From Mobula hypostoma (Eukaryota), in the NCBI RefSeq assembly GCF_963921235.1, contig NC_086097.1, forward strand, positions 66,962,001-67,026,000: 64,000 nt of DNA, read 5' to 3'. A program made the position numbers and the translations under genes. Below the pieces are notes generated by a model. That model did not search any database. It saw only the letters and a program-made list of their open reading frames with translations, and was not told where the DNA came from. Positions 60,272 through 64,000 of this stretch are shown here, piece after piece (position 1 is the stretch's first letter; every line of letters begins with the position of its first letter).

Positions 60272-61125
60272 CAGTTAGCCCTGCTTATCCGCATGCGTGA
60301 ATTCAACCAACCACAAATCGAGAAAACCCAGAAGTGCTCTTCCAGCACTTGTTGTTCGAGCATGTACAGACTTTTTTTTTCTTGTCATTATTCCTTAAAC
60401 AATGCAGTATAACAACTATTTTACACAGCATTTACATTGTATTAGGTATTAGGAGTAACCTAGAGATGATTTAAAGTATACGGGAGAATGTGCGTAGGTT
60501 ATCATGGATCAGGATCGGGAAAAAAACAGAAGTTCTCTTACTAAGTAAGTCGGAACAGGTACATCTGGTATTATTTAGCGTCAGTTATATTTTACCTTTC
60601 TATGCATATAAAACACTTAAGAAATGTATGTTTCAGTGCCGGGTTTGGGAACAGAAGTTCCCGAGTTCAATCCAGTGACGGACCACTCCTGAGTGTGCTG
60701 TCCATCCGTGTCAGGTTGATGTGGAGGATCAAAAACCCAAAACCCAATAATTAAACCACTGCTTAGTAATAATTGTAGCTTTCATCAGGGCAGGGCCTTT
60801 CTCACTTTATCCTTTAAAATTGCTCTGATCGTTGGCCGACTGTAGCCTAATGCTTTTCCAATGACCGATGGCGTTTCACCTCTTTCCGATTGCTTTATTA
60901 TTTCCACTTTATTTTCAATCATGATTATTTTCGTGAACAGAAACACTGCAGATTCAGGTCCTAATGTCCACCGCACTGAGACAAGGTAAATAAGGTCTGG
61001 GGTTCCGCTGGGTCCTAAGGTCCATTTCATTGAGACAGGTTGAATAAGGGACTTGAGCATCCGCGTTTTTTGGTATCTACAAGGAGTCCCGGAACCAATC
61101 CCTCGTGGATAAGGAGGACCAACTG
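60272..61125 (-). mobile_element. Tigger/pogo-like element
   Basis: TA-flanked TIRs CAGTTAGCCCTGCTTATCC / GGATAAGGAGGACCAACTG; CENP-B-type HTH remnant ENKVEIIKQSERGETPSVIGKALGYSRPTIRAILKDK. Confidence 0.88.
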
Positions 61126-61299
61126 TATTATCATATCTCATTCAAAGCTTCAATTCCATAGTTGAGGGATAAAATTCACTTACATTTCTGTGAGTGTTTT
61201 GTTTTTTTAAAAAAAAATGTGCTGCAGCTATGCAAGCATATACAAGTTACCCTTTTGGAGCAAATTTATGCCACTTATGTTAGCAGCATAACATAATGG

Positions 61300-61810
61300 T
61301 TAGGGCCTCGTGAAAATGTGCTGGCCCTGGAAAGAGTGTAAAGGAAGTTTGAGGATGATCCTGGGAATAAAAGGTTAATGTTTAAGGAGCGTTTGACTCT
61401 GGACTGGAGCTGTTGGAGTTTAGAAGAATGAAGTGGGGGTGGATTTAATTTAAACCTACCAAATATTGAAAAGCCCAGATGAGTGGATCTGGAGAGGGTA
61501 TTTCCAGTAGCGAGAGAATCTAAGACCAGAGGGCACAGCTTCAGAATAGAAAGATGCCCCTTTAGAACAGACCTGAGGAATTTCTTTAGCCTGAGGGGTG
61601 TGAATTTGTGAATTCATTGCCATTGGCAGTGTGGCAGCCAATTATTGTGTATATTTAAAGCAGAGGTTGATTGGTACTTAATTAGTAAGGGCGTTAGAGG
61701 TTATAGGGAGGAGGCAGGAAAATGGAAAAATAAATTGGCCACAATCAAATGGTGAAGCAGACTTGATGGGAGAAATAGCTTAATTCTGCTCCCATGACTT
61801 ATGGTCTTGT
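61300..61810 (+). mobile_element. CR1 3' fragment
   Basis: Homologous to 39230-39760; ends CTTATGGTCTT. Confidence 0.75.
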
Positions 61811-62444
61811 CTTCCAGGTAACAAGCTCTAGTTTCATTTTTGTTGTATTTATTTAAGGAACCAAATTTGACAAAAATCCCTCTCTTCAGTGGAAAAATCC
61901 CAGCCTAGCAGACAGGTTTCATCCACAATGCACCATCGTGGTATCTTAAGTAATGCAAGTCTGCTTTGAAGCATGTGTTATGACAGCTGAGCTATGCCAG
62001 ACAAGCAAATTGTGCTGTCATCGTTTTACATAAATGCCCATAAGACCTTGGCTGTGAAACTGAAGCCTGCCTAGTTCCAGTGGTATCATTGATTTTTATC
62101 AAATTATATCCACTAATCTAGTTTTCACAATCATTGCTTACTAAGGATAGCCTTAAATAAGGTGTTTTTAAGAATGCCACCATTGAATTTCACTCTGTTG
62201 ATTATACTGCAGGAATAGAAATTTGCTTTGAGTAAAATTAATGTGCTTGCATCATGCAGTATGTTACTTTGGAGGATAGTCACATAGTTCAAAAAACGTG
62301 TATGCTACAGGGTTGGTTTCTATGGCCCAGATTGTAGTTAGCTAGGATTTTTATATCTATTATGTCTTGAGAGCTAAATTGCATACTACTATTGATATTC
62401 TTGTACACTTAATGTTGTTATTTAATGTTCACATTACCTGGCAG

Positions 62445-62549
62445 ATATCGCAAGAGAAAAGAAGAACGACTAAGAGAGCAAGAACAAAGGTTCAAGGAGA
62501 GGCATGATCAGCTGAAAGAAGAACAGAGAAATTCAAAGGGAAATTCAGT
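62445..62549 (+). CDS. BAZ1A: BAZ1A coding exon 15 (gene continues beyond window)
   Basis: GGCAG|; YRKRKEERLREQEQRFKERHDQLKEEQRNSKGNS; 105 nt, phase 2-2; donor GT|GTAAGT; no stop reached. Confidence 0.93.
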
Positions 62550-62789
62550 GTAAGTTTTTAGTGACGGCTCAGTGAAGTCATTTCATGCTTTTAAAAAGTC
62601 CAAATTTGAAAGCCTTGAGTTCTGATATGTAAAGAATGGTTCAAAAGCAACTTGGCGCAACTAATTTTTTTTATGGCTGTGGGTACAATGTTAAATGTTT
62701 CATGTAGCAACAGCAGGGCCTAGACCATATTTTTGGTTCTGCCGTACAAAAATATACATGAATACTGCTTTATTTCATATTAACCCAAT

Positions 62790-64000
62790 TTTAAACTAAT
62801 TTGGCAGGAGTTTGGGAACCGGAATGATAGGGCGGAGGATGGGCAGTGGGTATACAAGTAGATGCAGAGTGTAGTGAGACTGTGAAGAAGGACAGGCAGT
62901 TGATTGGGCAAAATTGCAGTCTGTGGGATGAGTTGGAGTGTAAAATAGGGGCAAAATCAAAAAGGGTGAAGAATACAGCACTGCAGGTGTTATATTTGAA
63001 TATACGCAGTACTGAATAAGGTAGATAATCTTGTAGTGCAGTTAGAGATTGAGGGATTTGAATATGCAGGTAGATTGGGAAGATAAGGTTGGTGCTGGAT
63101 CCCAAGGGAGGAAATTTGTAGAATGCCTATGAGATGGCATTTTAGAGTGGTTGAGCCCACTTGGGAAAAGACAATTCTGGTTCAGGTATTGTGTAATGAG
63201 CCAGATTTAAGGTAAAGGAACCCTTGGGAGACAGTGATCATAATATGATAAAATTTGCCTTCAGTTTGATAGGCAGAAGATAGTCAGATATATCAGTGAA
63301 GTAAAGGGAATTGGAGGCATGAGAGAGGAGCTTGCCAAAGTTGATTGAAATAGGGCACAAGCAAGGATGATAGCAGAACAACAATGGCTGGAGTTTCTGG
63401 AGGCAGCTTGGAAAGTGCAGAATAGATAGATCCCAAAGAAAATGTAATATTCTAAAGGCAGGATGAGGCAACCTGTGGCTGATAAGGAAGTCAAAGACAG
63501 CATAAAAGAAAGAGAGGGCATTTAATACAGCAGATTAGTGGATAGTTAGATGATTGGGAAGTTTTTAAAACCAATAGAAGGCATCTTTTAAAAAAAAAAG
63601 AAGCCAAAAGGAGAGAAACGATGAAATATCAAGGTCAGCTAGCCAATGATATCAGGATATCAAAATATACATATGAAGGGTAAAAGAGAGGCAAGAGTGG
63701 ATATCAGACTACTGGAAAATGATGTTGGAGAGGTAGTAATGGAAGACAAAGAAATGGCATCAGTCTTCACTGTGGAAGACGCTAGCAGTATGCCAGAAAT
63801 TTGAGTGTGTTGGGGGCAGAAGTGAGTGTTGTTGTGAAGGTGCTTGGCAAGCTGAAGGTAGATAAATTGCGGGAAAGATATTAGCATGGATAGAAAACTG
63901 ACTGGCAGGAGGCAAAGAGTGGGAATAAAAGGGGCCTTTTCTGGCGAGCTACCCATGACTAGTCATGTTACACAGCAGTCTGTGTTGGGATGACTTCTTG
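62790..64000 (+). mobile_element. decayed CR1 (ORF1 end, endonuclease and RT pieces with deletions)
   Basis: LYLNIRS and DSDHNMIKF remnants; runs off the window end. Confidence 0.75.

Overview
Vertebrate genomic DNA, very rich in transposable elements. The repeat complement (V-SINEs, CR1/Rex-Babar LINEs, Penelope-derived short elements) suggests a cartilaginous fish, probably a ray; this is inference. The right half holds the 5' part of BAZ1A (ACF1, the ISWI-partner chromatin remodelling subunit) on the + strand. It has a CpG-island promoter (~27.9-29.25 kb), a probable non-coding first exon and 15 GT-AG coding exons from ATG 28853 to 62549. These join in frame to 2123 nt (707 codons: WAC, coiled-coil, DDT and WHIM1 regions), and the gene continues past the window end. 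The left ~27 kb has no recognisable host gene and consists of nested transposon debris. The most interesting non-coding signal is a family of short, mostly TSD-flanked Penelope-derived insertions carrying minimal type-I hammerhead ribozyme motifs (stem I-CUGACGA-stem II-GAAAC-GUH-stem I). Four copies have an intact core, one of them in a 107-bp head-to-head palindrome. Exon boundaries and TSDs were counted by hand; outer limits of decayed repeats are approximate, and family names come from recognition rather than database search.
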